From Acidobacteriota bacterium (GTDB lineage: Bacteria > Acidobacteriota > UBA890 > WLXD01): 64,000 nucleotides of DNA. The translations under genes were made by a program, and so were the position numbers. The stretch spans positions 768,001 to 832,000 of the forward strand of contig CAXWPL010000005.1 in the NCBI GenBank assembly GCA_963666215.2, read 5' to 3'. Positions 17,338 through 26,861 of the stretch are shown one piece after another. Each line of letters begins with the position of its first letter. Position 1 is the first letter of the stretch. The notes beneath the pieces are model-generated. The model saw only the letters and a program-made list of their open reading frames with translations. It made no database searches and had not been told where the DNA came from.

Positions 17338-19998
17338 CTAAAGATCTCTGCCAACGGCGCGCAGCGTCTCGAGCGGCGGCCGCCGCAGCGCCCCGCGGCC
17401 GGTCAGGAATCCAACGGCCACCGTCAGCGCCGAGATCGCCAGCAGCGTAGCGAGCAGCGGCGTCAGTGCGAGCGCCAAGTCGACCTCGAAAACGAACCGA
17501 GCCAGGCCCCAGGCGCCTGCGAGAGCCAGGAGCAGTCCGGTAGCCGCGGCCAACCCGCCGAGCAGCAAATACTCGGCGAGACCGATCCGATGTATCTGCC
17601 GCCCCGAGGCGCCCAGCGTACGCAGTAGCACCGCCTCACGCAGACGTTGGCCGCGCGCCGCCATCAGCGCCACTGCGAGAACGGCGAGCCCCGCCAGCAG
17701 CGTGAACGACGCCATCGCGCGCACGCCCAGAGAAATCTGATCGAGCACCGAGCTGACCGTGTTCAGAACCAGGGCCAGATCTAGAATCGACACGTTGGAG
17801 TACTTCTCGACCACGTCGCGCTGAAATGCTGCCGACACTTCGGTCGACGGCGTTTTGGTGACCATCACGTTCTGCTGCGGCGCCTCTTCGAGCACCCCGG
17901 CAGGAAATACGACGAAGAAGTTCGGCCGCATCTGCTCCCAGTCGACCTCTCGTAGGCTGGCGACGCGGGTAACGATATGCAGCCCCTGAACGTTGAAGGT
18001 CAGCTCGTCGCCCACCTCCACGTGCAGGCGCTCCGCGATGCTCTCCTCGAGGGAAATCGGCACCGGTTGCTCGGCGCCTGTAACGCCGCCACCGTCCCGT
18101 CGTCCTCCGGCCTCCTCTCCCACTGCTTCAAGAGAAACCGATCCGATCCACTCGCCCGAGATGATCTCCTCGGTATCGGCAAGCTCGACCCGATAGGTCG
18201 AGTTGTACTGACGACGCAGCACCCAGGGGCGGATTCCCTCGTCGCCGAACTCCTCCACCGGCCGACCGGCCACCGCTGCCAGCCGCATCGGTACCACCGG
18301 CACATGTTGCAGCACCGGCAGTCCATGCTCGTCAAAGAGCCTGCGCAGCCCGTCCACCTGGTCGACCTGAACATCGAACAGCAGCATGTTGGCGCCGCCG
18401 CGCGAGCCCATCACCTGCACGCGACCCCGCAGAGCGAGCTGCGTTTGGTAGAGGGTCATGATGACGAAGACGCCGAATCCCAGCGCCAGCATCACAACCA
18501 ACGTCTGGTTGCCAGGCCGGTAGAGATTGGCGAGGCCTTGCCGCCAGGCGAACGGCCAGCTCGAGGCTAACCAGCGCCGCACGGCTGCGCGCAGGGCCAC
18601 AGCGGTCACCGCGAGCAGCGCCAGCACAAGCGCCAGGGCCGCGGTGATTCCAATGCCGACACTCACCTCGTCGCTCTGTGCCACGGCCGCAAGCGTGGTG
18701 CCCAGCACGATTGCCGCGACCACGGCCAGGCGCGCCGGGTCGAAGCGTGGAATGGCCCGCGAAGCGCCGGCGCCAGCCCGAATCGCGCGCAGCGGCGCGA
18801 TCTTGCGCAGCTCCAGCAAGGGCAGGAGGGAAAAGAGCAGCGCCACCCCCGCCCCTGTGGTCGCTCCTAGGGCCATCGCCATCCAGGAGACTTGCGGCTC
18901 GATCTCGACCGGAAGGAACCCACGCACCGCCGCCGCGATCAGCGGCTGTGCGGCCACGCCGAGCAGAACACCCACCACCGCCGCAACTGCGGCCACCGCT
19001 GTGGTCTGCAGAGCGAAGACCATAACCGGGTCACGGGGCCCCGCGCCCAGGCAGCGCAACACGGCAGCCGACTCGAGCTTGCCCTGAACATACAGGTGCA
19101 CCGAGCTGGCAACACCGACGGCGCCCAGCAACAACGCGGCAAGCGCACCCAGGTGGAGGAAGTCGTAGAGATCACTGAGCGACCGCCCCAGCTGCTGCCG
19201 GCGGAACTGCACCGACTCCGCCTCGAGCCGAAGTCGACGCAAATCGGTTTCGAGAACGCCAACAAGCTCGGCAACCTCCTCCGGTCGACTGTCGAGCTTG
19301 AAGTACCGACTGAAGCGCGAGCGGCTGCCGGGCCGCAGCAGTTGGGTGCGAGCCAGCGACGCCAGCGGCACGAACACACGTGGGCCGATCAACGACGCGT
19401 TTGGCACCTCGCCCGGAATGCGCTGCAGCCGACCAACGATCTCGTACTCCACCTCACCGAGGCGAATCGGGTCGCCGACCTCAGCATCGAACTGCAGCAT
19501 CAGGTTGTGGTCGACAAGCGCGATATCGGCGCCGGTGTCGCCAGGTAGCCTCGACCGATCGTCATCGGGGCTCGTCATGTCGGCGACGTGGGTCGAGAAC
19601 TCGACGCCGGCGGCCGGCGGCTCGGTGCCCAGCTCGCCGTAGTAGGGGAACCCGCCGCCGACGGCACGCACTGCGACCAAACGGGAGCGGCGACTGCGCG
19701 GGAAATAGGCCATCGAGTCGGTGCCGACCACGGTCGATTGTCCGCTCCCGTCGGCAACCCTCTCGAAGAGCGCGAGGGCTTCGGCATCGAACGGCTCGCG
19801 GCCGTAGATCTCCAGATCGGCGCCCAGGAGGGTCTTGGCTTGACGATCCACCGCACCTTCGAGCGCATCGGCGAACGAGCGGACCGCCACCAGCGCCGCC
19901 ACGCCGGCGATGATGGCCGAGACGAACAGGAACAAGCGCCCGCCGCCCGCCCGTGCATCGCGCCAGGCGAGCCGCGCTATCCATGCGTTGCGCCTCAA
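17338..19998 (-). CDS. ABC transporter permease, YbbP/FtsX-like
   Basis: Two MacB/FtsX-type halves, LLGADL, PNFFVVF, LRTLGAS; adjacent to YbbA-like ATPase; its TAG stop lies in the target duplication. Confidence 0.88.
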   Translation of the reverse strand: MRRNAWIARLAWRDARAGGGRLFLFVSAIIAGVAALVAVRSFADALEGAVDRQAKTLLGADLEIYGREPFDAEALALFERVADGSGQSTVVGTDSMAYFPRSRRSRLVAVRAVGGGFPYYGELGTEPPAAGVEFSTHVADMTSPDDDRSRLPGDTGADIALVDHNLMLQFDAEVGDPIRLGEVEYEIVGRLQRIPGEVPNASLIGPRVFVPLASLARTQLLRPGSRSRFSRYFKLDSRPEEVAELVGVLETDLRRLRLEAESVQFRRQQLGRSLSDLYDFLHLGALAALLLGAVGVASSVHLYVQGKLESAAVLRCLGAGPRDPVMVFALQTTAVAAVAAVVGVLLGVAAQPLIAAAVRGFLPVEIEPQVSWMAMALGATTGAGVALLFSLLPLLELRKIAPLRAIRAGAGASRAIPRFDPARLAVVAAIVLGTTLAAVAQSDEVSVGIGITAALALVLALLAVTAVALRAAVRRWLASSWPFAWRQGLANLYRPGNQTLVVMLALGFGVFVIMTLYQTQLALRGRVQVMGSRGGANMLLFDVQVDQVDGLRRLFDEHGLPVLQHVPVVPMRLAAVAGRPVEEFGDEGIRPWVLRRQYNSTYRVELADTEEIISGEWIGSVSLEAVGEEAGGRRDGGGVTGAEQPVPISLEESIAERLHVEVGDELTFNVQGLHIVTRVASLREVDWEQMRPNFFVVFPAGVLEEAPQQNVMVTKTPSTEVSAAFQRDVVEKYSNVSILDLALVLNTVSSVLDQISLGVRAMASFTLLAGLAVLAVALMAARGQRLREAVLLRTLGASGRQIHRIGLAEYLLLGGLAAATGLLLALAGAWGLARFVFEVDLALALTPLLATLLAISALTVAVGFLTGRGALRRPPLETLRAVGRDL

Positions 19999-20699
19999 GG
20001 GGCGACCTCTGCCGAGCCGGCACCAGACCCGCGTCGCTGATCAACAACCACTCTGCCCTTTTCGAGCTCCATGGTGCGCTCGCACAGCGCCGCCAACCGC
20101 CGATCGTGTGTCACCACGAGCAAGCTCGTGCCCTGGTCGGCATTGAGATCCAGGAGCAGACTTTGCACCCGCTCGGCGGTCTCTCCGTCGAGATTGCCCG
20201 TTGGCTCATCGGCAAAGAGGATGCGCGGCTTGTTGATGAATGCCCGCGCCAGCCCCACCCGCTGCTGCTCACCGCCCGACAGCTGCACCGGATAGTGATC
20301 GACACGATCCGCGAGTCCCACGCGGTCGAGGAGCTCGCGCGCCCGCGCCCGCGGCCGGCGATCGCCCCGCAGCTCGGCCGGCACCATGACGTTCTCTAGC
20401 GCCGTCAGCGTGGGGAGTAGCTGAAAGGTCTGGAAGACGAAACCCACCGCGTCACGTCGCAGCGCCGCCAGCTGTTCCTCGTCGAGCTCGGCCAGCCGAC
20501 GCTCGGCCAACCACACGTCCCCCGCCGTCGGGCGATCGAGGCCGGCACTCAGACCCAAGAGAGTCGTCTTGCCGCTCCCCGACGGACCCAGGATCGCGCA
20601 CGACTCACCGGCGCCCAGCGCAAAGCTGACATCCCGCAGCACCTCGAGCGTACGGTCACCGCTGCGATAAGACTGAGAGAGGTGTTCGACTCTGAGCAT
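19995..20699 (-). CDS. ABC transporter ATP-binding protein, YbbA/LolD-like
   Basis: GPSGSGKT, LSGGEQQR, ADEPTGNLD, VTHD. Confidence 0.92.
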   Translation of the reverse strand: MLRVEHLSQSYRSGDRTLEVLRDVSFALGAGESCAILGPSGSGKTTLLGLSAGLDRPTAGDVWLAERRLAELDEEQLAALRRDAVGFVFQTFQLLPTLTALENVMVPAELRGDRRPRARARELLDRVGLADRVDHYPVQLSGGEQQRVGLARAFINKPRILFADEPTGNLDGETAERVQSLLLDLNADQGTSLLVVTHDRRLAALCERTMELEKGRVVVDQRRGSGAGSAEVAP

Positions 20700-20795
20700 G
20701 GCGCGACGAGTTCCTCTTGCGGTGAGTACGCGAGTACGATCGAACGGAAGGCGTCATCATAGCCATCATCGTCAGCTCACAAGGGTCACGATACG

Positions 20796-21452
20796 GTGCG
20801 AATTTGGTCCACAGCGCTTCTCGTCGCTGCTCTGACAACCTCGTCGCTCGCTTCGCCGACGCAGCAGAACCCCGGCAATGTTCTCTTTCTCGGCAACAGC
20901 CTCACCGCCGGCCTCGGCGTGGCCCGCGACGCCGCCTTTCCCTACCTGATCCAACAGCGGATCGAGGCGCGCGGCTGGCCGTTTCGCGTGGTCGACGCCG
21001 GAGTCAGCGGCGACACCTCGGCCGGTGGTCTACGCCGCATTGACTGGATGCTGCGCCAGCAAGTCGACGTGCTGGTTATCGAGCTCGGCGGCAACGACGG
21101 GCTGCGCGGGGTGCCCACGGAAACCACCCGAGCCAACCTGCAAGCCATCATCAATCACGCTCGCGCCGCCTATCCCGAGATCGACATCGTGCTTGCCGGC
21201 ATGCTGATCCCTCCCAACCTCGGGCCGGAGTACTCCAAGGGCTTCCAGGAGCTCTACTCGGCGCTCGCTAGCGCCAACGACGTGGAGCTCATCCCCTTCT
21301 TGCTCGACGGCGTTGCCGCCGATCCCGCGCTCAACCAGGCCGATGGCATCCACCCCAACGCGGCAGGACACCGAATAGTCGTCGACAACGTTTGGCAGGT
21401 ACTCGAGTCGGTTCTCGAGCGACGTCTGAGCCTGCCAGAGTCGCCGGGCTAG
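20796..21452 (+). CDS. tesA: Arylesterase / acyl-CoA thioesterase I (GDSL/SGNH)
   Basis: GNSLTAG, GVSGDTS, ELGGNDGLRG, DGIHPN; divergent from ybbA-like gene. Confidence 0.88.
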   Translation: MRIWSTALLVAALTTSSLASPTQQNPGNVLFLGNSLTAGLGVARDAAFPYLIQQRIEARGWPFRVVDAGVSGDTSAGGLRRIDWMLRQQVDVLVIELGGNDGLRGVPTETTRANLQAIINHARAAYPEIDIVLAGMLIPPNLGPEYSKGFQELYSALASANDVELIPFLLDGVAADPALNQADGIHPNAAGHRIVVDNVWQVLESVLERRLSLPESPG

Positions 21453-21493
21453 CCGAGCCATCGGTGTTGTCATGCCGATTCCGGCAGGGTGGA

Positions 21494-21510
21494 GGGGGGG
21501 GGGGGGGGGG
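21494..21510. repeat. Poly-G tract (17 nt)
   Basis: Directly visible between convergent genes. Confidence 0.9.
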
Positions 21511-21669
21511 CAGCGTAGCGGATCGGCGGATCGGTCGTCGCCAGCTCTTTAGCGGTTGCCCACGCTTGCCCCTGGAAGTCGCGACCACGCCTCCAGCGTC
21601 AGTCGGCCTAGATGCCCCCGGCTCGGCTCCGCGCGTCTGAAACGCCCACCACCCCCTCAGCAAACACAG

Positions 21670-22425
21670 TCAGTCGCCCGTCACCTGACTGCCGGGCACG
21701 ATCTCGTTGACGTCGCCGTCGGTGAAGCATACCCAGCACTTCGTGCCGCCGTCGTAGTCGGCCGCGCGCAGGACGAGCCGTGCCGGCCGGCCGAACGCGG
21801 TGCAGGCGACTTCACCCTCGGGGTCGAGGCCGCGCCAGATGCGAACGAACGGGTTGTTTTCCAGTTCTTCGCCGATCGTGGTGGCATCGGTGTGTCCCGG
21901 CAGCACGCGCGTCTCGGGGGGCAGCTCGAGGAGCACGTCCATGGTCGAGCGAACGATGTCCTCGTAGGTGGCGTGCCCGGGTGCCATCGTGCCGCCGACA
22001 GTGCCCTTGAAGAGGGTATCCCCGGTAAAAACAACATCCCCGCTGTCCCCACCGGCCACATGAAACGCCAACATGCCGCGGGTGTGCCCGGGGGTGTGCA
22101 GCGCCCGAATCCTCAGCCCACCGGAGACAATCTCGTCGCCGTGGCCGATCTCGTGCTGGATATCGGGGCACAGGGCCTTCTCCTCCGGATGACCCCAGAT
22201 CTCGCAGCCGAAGCGATTCACGTAGTCCCCGTTGTTGACGATGTGATCGACATGGTGATGCGTGAGGAGCAGGTGAGTGACCGTCAGCTTGTTCTCCTCG
22301 ATGGCGCGATAGATGGGCTCCACCGGGCCGCCGGAATCGATCAGTACGGCGTGGCCGCCCGGCTCGTCGCCGACGACATACGAGTTCGAGAGCCAGCCGT
22401 CGCTCATGCTGCGTTCGATGATCAT
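21670..22425 (-). CDS. MBL-fold hydrolase (glyoxalase II-like)
   Basis: THHHVDH, TPGHT, FTGDTLF, PGH. Confidence 0.9.
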   Translation of the reverse strand: MIIERSMSDGWLSNSYVVGDEPGGHAVLIDSGGPVEPIYRAIEENKLTVTHLLLTHHHVDHIVNNGDYVNRFGCEIWGHPEEKALCPDIQHEIGHGDEIVSGGLRIRALHTPGHTRGMLAFHVAGGDSGDVVFTGDTLFKGTVGGTMAPGHATYEDIVRSTMDVLLELPPETRVLPGHTDATTIGEELENNPFVRIWRGLDPEGEVACTAFGRPARLVLRAADYDGGTKCWVCFTDGDVNEIVPGSQVTGD

Positions 22426-22454
22426 GTTCCCTCTACCTGAGAATCGAGTCTGTT

Positions 22455-23567
22455 CTAGTCGAACATCACCACTGAACGGATACCGTTCTGCGCTTCCATC
22501 AGCTCGAAGCCGTGATTGATGTTGTCGAGGTTCAAATGGTGCGAAACGAAGCCGTCGAGATCGAGCTTCCCTTCCATGTACATGTCCACGAAGCGCGGCA
22601 CGTGCGTACGTCCCTTGGCGCCTCCGAAGCTGCCGCCTTGTACGCGCCGGCCGGTGATCAGAAATCGAGGGATCACGTCGAGAGTCTCGCCGCGGCCGGC
22701 CACACCGAGCACCGTGCAGAGGCCCCAGCCAAAGCGGGCCGCCTCGACGGCCTGTCGCATCACGCCGACGATCCCGGTCGCCTCGAAGGTGAAGTCGGCA
22801 CCGTTGCCGCCCGTCAGCTCGAGGATGCGCTCGACGGCGTCACCATCGCGTGTGGGGTTGATGAGGTGGGTCGCGCCGTACTTCGCCGCGGTTTGTAAGC
22901 GGTCGTCCGACAGGTCGACGGCAATGACGCGCTCGGCCTTCTGCAAGGCACATCCGGCGACCGCTCCGAGCCCGACGAGGCCCGCCCCAAAGACGGCACA
23001 GGTCGAGCCGGCTTCCACGTCCGCCTTGTACATCGCTGCCGCGAGCCCGGTGGTGGCACCGCAAGCCAGCGTGCAGATCTTGTCGAGAGGCGCCTCCGGG
23101 TTGACCTTGGCTAGCGCGATCTCGGGCATGACCGTGTATTCGGCGAACGTGCTGGTGCCCATGAAGTGGCGCATCGGCTCGCCGTCGAGAGACAGCCGCG
23201 CGCTGCCGTCGGGCAGGTAGCCCTGGCCTTGCTGCTCGCGAATGGCGGTGCAGATGTTCGTCTTGCCGCTCGTGCAATGGTCGCACTCGCCACACTCGGG
23301 CGAGAACAACGTGATGACGTGGTCGCCGGGCGACAGCGACGCCACACCCTCCCCGACTGCCTCGACCACTCCGGCTCCCTCGTGCCCAAGAACCGTGGGG
23401 GCATACCCACCGGGGTCGGCACCGCTGGCGCTGTACATGTCGGTATGACACACGCCGCAGGCGTGCACCTTCACCAGCGCCTCGCCAGCCTTCGGTCCAC
23501 CGAGCTCGACCTCGCGAATCGCCAGAGGCTGACCGAACTCCTCGAGCACAGCAGCGCGAATCTTCAT
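22455..23567 (-). CDS. Zn-dependent alcohol dehydrogenase, class III / thiol-dependent formaldehyde dehydrogenase-like
   Basis: CHTD, GHEGAG, CGECDHC..C structural Zn site, HFMGTSTFAEY, GAGLVG. Confidence 0.88.
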   Translation of the reverse strand: MKIRAAVLEEFGQPLAIREVELGGPKAGEALVKVHACGVCHTDMYSASGADPGGYAPTVLGHEGAGVVEAVGEGVASLSPGDHVITLFSPECGECDHCTSGKTNICTAIREQQGQGYLPDGSARLSLDGEPMRHFMGTSTFAEYTVMPEIALAKVNPEAPLDKICTLACGATTGLAAAMYKADVEAGSTCAVFGAGLVGLGAVAGCALQKAERVIAVDLSDDRLQTAAKYGATHLINPTRDGDAVERILELTGGNGADFTFEATGIVGVMRQAVEAARFGWGLCTVLGVAGRGETLDVIPRFLITGRRVQGGSFGGAKGRTHVPRFVDMYMEGKLDLDGFVSHHLNLDNINHGFELMEAQNGIRSVVMFD

Positions 23568-23709
23568 CGTGGCCTCCCTTGAATCCGTTCGAATGCCAGC
23601 GCGGAAGCGCTACAGAAAGGCCTTGATCCACCATCAATCACGAAGCGGAGGAGAGCCTTGGGCGCGGCACGCTAGCATAGCGTGACACTCTTCTTCTGTT
23701 CTCTTTCCC

Positions 23710-24740
23710 GTGGGCATCGACGCGGTCATGGATCGAGGACACGCAGCGATGCTCGGCCTGGGTGCGTCCCGCGGGTTGAGATTCGAAAGGCCGGAGCTCG
23801 GGCTCACCGCGTTTCTCGTGCTCGACAGCACGGTGCTCGGCCACGCGGCGGGCGGCATTCGCACACGCGCGTACAACTCGCCCGAGGAGGCCGCTCTCGA
23901 CGCCGCTGCCCTGGCACGAGCCATGACGCTCAAGTGCGCCATCGCTGGCTGCCCTCCGGCGGCGGCAAGATGGTGGTCGTCGATCGCCCGGAGCTGCGGC
24001 GCCAGGAGGCGTTCGCCTATCTCGGCGAGCGCATCGACGAGCTCGGCGGAGCGTTCCGCACGGCGGGCGATCTCGGGACCACCCGTGAAGACCTGCAAGC
24101 GGTGGCGTCCCGCACGGAATACGTGAGCCTCGATGAGGCCGGCCTTACGGCCGCGGTGGCCCGCGGCCTGCGTGGCTGTATTGAAGCCTGTGCGCGCATG
24201 CGCGGCCTCTCGGAGCTGGACGGGCTGCGCATCGCGATCCAGGGCTGCGGCGGCATCGGCGGCGCCGTGGCCCGCGAGCTGGCCACGGCGGGCGCCAAGC
24301 TGATGGTGAGCGACATCGACGACGCGCGCGCCGCCGCGCTGGCCGCCGACGTGAAGGGCGAGGTCGTTGATCCGTCGGAGATCCTCGCCGCCGCCGTCGA
24401 TGTTCTCGCTCCGTGCGCAGTTGGCGGCGTCATCGGCGAAGACACTGCTGAAAGGATCTCCGCATGGGCGATATGCGGCGCGGCCAACAACATCGTTGCC
24501 AGCCGGGCCGCCGGCGAGGCGCTGCGCCATAACCGCATCCTGTTCGTGCCCGACATGATCGCGTCGGCGGGGGCCATCGTACTCGGCGTTTGCCGCGATT
24601 ACGAAGGGCTCGACCCAGAGCCGATGATCGCGGCGCTTGGCGACACCGCCTATACGGTTATGCAAGACGCCGAGCGCTCAGGTCGAACACCGCAGGCGAT
24701 GGCTGAGGAACGCGCCCGAGCGCGCATCGCCGCAGGATGA
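23710..24740 (+). pseudogene. Glu/Leu/Phe/Val dehydrogenase, frameshifted
   Basis: N-terminal half (GGIRTRAY, MTLKCAIAG) in one frame; PSGGGK, QGCGGIG, PCAVGG, CGAANN in another; 1-nt deletion near 23950. Confidence 0.8.
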
Positions 24741-24747
24741 GATTGCC

Positions 24748-25767
24748 CTACTCGCTGTGCAACAGCTCGGCGATCCGCCGCACCGAATCGGGCAGGCGCG
24801 GCCCGGGAATCAGCAGTGCGTCGGAGACAATCGCGCCAACGCGCGCGCCGGCGAAGCCGGGCAGGGCCCGCCAGTCGCGCTCGATCGTCGACATGTCCAC
24901 GGGTCCGGAGCGTGCCGAGCGCAGCTCGATCACCACGTCTGGAACGCGCGAGAACAGCGTCTCGAGACCGGCCTTGAACGACTGGCGTTCGACGTCGGCA
25001 AACAAATTGCGTCCGCCAGCGATCTCGACGATCTCGTTCAAGAATCCCACCCCACCGTTGACGTAAAGGTTCGCGAAGCTGCCGGTGCTGCGACCGAACA
25101 CCATCAGCACCGTAGGCGCGGCGGCGCGCGCGTAGCGACCTCGGAGCTCCTCGAGCTGCGTCTCGAGGAGCTCCGCAACAAGCCGGCCCTGTGCCTCCAA
25201 GCCGATCCTCGTGGCCAGCTGACGCATGTCGCGCAGCATGTCGGCGATCGTCGCGGTGCCGTACGGAATGCTGTCGATGCCTGCCGTGCGCAGCTGAACG
25301 ACGAGCGCCGGCTGCGACGGGTCGACGACCACGAGGTCGGGCTGCAGCGACAGGATGCGCTCGAGGTCGGGATCGATGAGGGCGCCCACCTTCGGCAGCT
25401 CCAGGACTTCCGGCGGCCAGGTATCGAAGCTGCTTACAGCGACCACTCGGGAACCGGCACCGATCTCGAAAAGCGCCTCCGTGGCCGCCGGCACCAACGA
25501 GACAACACGTTTGACCTGCGTGGGGAGCGTCGTCGACACACCGTTGGTCGGCGAGCCGTGCACGGCAAGCAATAGCCACGCACCGAGCCAGCAGAACACG
25601 CGGAGAGGGCCGGGAAGGCGGGCAGGACGGAGATGATGGGTTGCGCGGACGGGGCCGGCGGGGCGGACGGGGCGGGCGGAGCGGACGGGGCCGGCGGGGC
25701 GGACGGGGCCGGCGGAACGGGCGCGGTGGGTCCGACGGCGCGGCTGGGTGCTTGTGGGCGCTTTCAT
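24748..25767 (-). CDS. btuF: Cobalamin/metal-chelate periplasmic binding protein
   Basis: RVVSLVPAATEALFEIGAG, PDLERILSLQPDLV, PGPR; ATG overlaps the btuC stop. Confidence 0.8.
   Translation of the reverse strand: MKAPTSTQPRRRTHRARSAGPVRPAGPVRSARPVRPAGPVRATHHLRPARLPGPLRVFCWLGAWLLLAVHGSPTNGVSTTLPTQVKRVVSLVPAATEALFEIGAGSRVVAVSSFDTWPPEVLELPKVGALIDPDLERILSLQPDLVVVDPSQPALVVQLRTAGIDSIPYGTATIADMLRDMRQLATRIGLEAQGRLVAELLETQLEELRGRYARAAAPTVLMVFGRSTGSFANLYVNGGVGFLNEIVEIAGGRNLFADVERQSFKAGLETLFSRVPDVVIELRSARSGPVDMSTIERDWRALPGFAGARVGAIVSDALLIPGPRLPDSVRRIAELLHSE
25645..25716. repeat. 4 x 18-bp tandem repeat (GCGGACGGGGCSGGCGGR) in the btuF 5' region
   Basis: Units start at 25645, 25663, 25681, 25699. Confidence 0.85.
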
Positions 25768-26858
25768 CCGATTCCCGGCCGACCGCGACGCCCGAGCAGC
25801 AGCGCGAGAAAGAAGGGACCTCCGAGACATGCGGTGAGAACCCCGATCGGCAGCTCCACTGGCGCCAGGAGAGTTCTCGCCGCGGCGTCACACAGAACCA
25901 GAAACGCGCCGCCTCCGAGAAGTGACGCCGGTAGAAGAACGCGGTAGTCGGAGCCGCCGAGCAACCGCAACGCGTGCGGCACGATGATGCCAACAAAACC
26001 GACGGGCCCGGCAGCGGCCACCGACAGCCCGGTCAACCAGGCGGCCCCCAGAAGGCCGTTGCGCTCAGCGCGATCCGTGGCCACCCCGAGCGCCGCAGCC
26101 TCTCGGCGACCGAGCGCCAGCAGATTCAGCGCCCGGCCGCTGCGCGCCAGCAGCACCCACGCGGGCGCCGCGGCCACGGTCAGCATGGCGAGCAGACGAT
26201 AGCTGGCGCCCTCGAGATCGCCCATCAGCCAACGCACCATCCGAGCCGTGTCGGTGAAGTCGGCGAAATACTGGAGCAACAGGATGAACGCCCCGAAAGT
26301 GAAGTTGAGGCTGACGCCGGCCAACAGCAGAACCGTTGTCGGCAACTCGCCACGACGCCCAGCCAACCCCATCACGATCGCGGTTGCCACCAGAGACCCG
26401 GCGAGCGACGCCGCCGGCACGGTGAGCTCCCCCAGCAAACCGACGGCGGCAGGAATCGGAATGCGCAGCGCCAAAAAGGCGGCCAAAGTAGCTCCAGACG
26501 AGATCCCCAAGGTGTAGGGCGTCGCAAGCGGGTTGCGCAACAACGACTGGAAAGTCGCCCCGGCGAGCGCCAGGCTGCCACCTACAAGCAACGCCAGCAG
26601 CACGCGCGGCAGGCGAGCGACGAAAAAGATCGCCGCATCGGGATTCGCCGCCCAGTCGAACGGCCGTCTCCAGACAGCACCGAGATCGATCGCTGTCGAA
26701 CCGATCAGAGGTCCCAACAGGGCGGCCGCGACTGCGGCAGCCGCCATCGCCGAAACCAGGTAGCGGAACCGGCGTCTGGGCAGCCACAGGCGGCGACGCA
26801 ACCGTCGGCTCGCGCCGTTGCGCGCGGCCGACGGCGTTCTTGTGCCCGTGATCACCAT
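25764..26858 (-). CDS. btuC: FecCD/BtuC-family ABC permease
   Basis: RLPR, QSLLRNPLATP, GFVGIIVPH, ELPIGVLT; in riboswitch operon. Confidence 0.85.
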   Translation of the reverse strand: MVITGTRTPSAARNGASRRLRRRLWLPRRRFRYLVSAMAAAAVAAALLGPLIGSTAIDLGAVWRRPFDWAANPDAAIFFVARLPRVLLALLVGGSLALAGATFQSLLRNPLATPYTLGISSGATLAAFLALRIPIPAAVGLLGELTVPAASLAGSLVATAIVMGLAGRRGELPTTVLLLAGVSLNFTFGAFILLLQYFADFTDTARMVRWLMGDLEGASYRLLAMLTVAAAPAWVLLARSGRALNLLALGRREAAALGVATDRAERNGLLGAAWLTGLSVAAAGPVGFVGIIVPHALRLLGGSDYRVLLPASLLGGGAFLVLCDAAARTLLAPVELPIGVLTACLGGPFFLALLLGRRGRPGIG

Positions 26859-26861
26859 CAG

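Noticed and set aside
21494-21510. Poly-G tract as a phase-variation switch
   Set aside because: It lies between two 3' ends, not in a promoter or CDS; its length may be a sequencing artefact
25645-25716. Short repeats (also 44600-44710, 62046-62117) as possible CRISPR arrays
   Set aside because: Head-to-tail units with no unique spacers, and no cas genes
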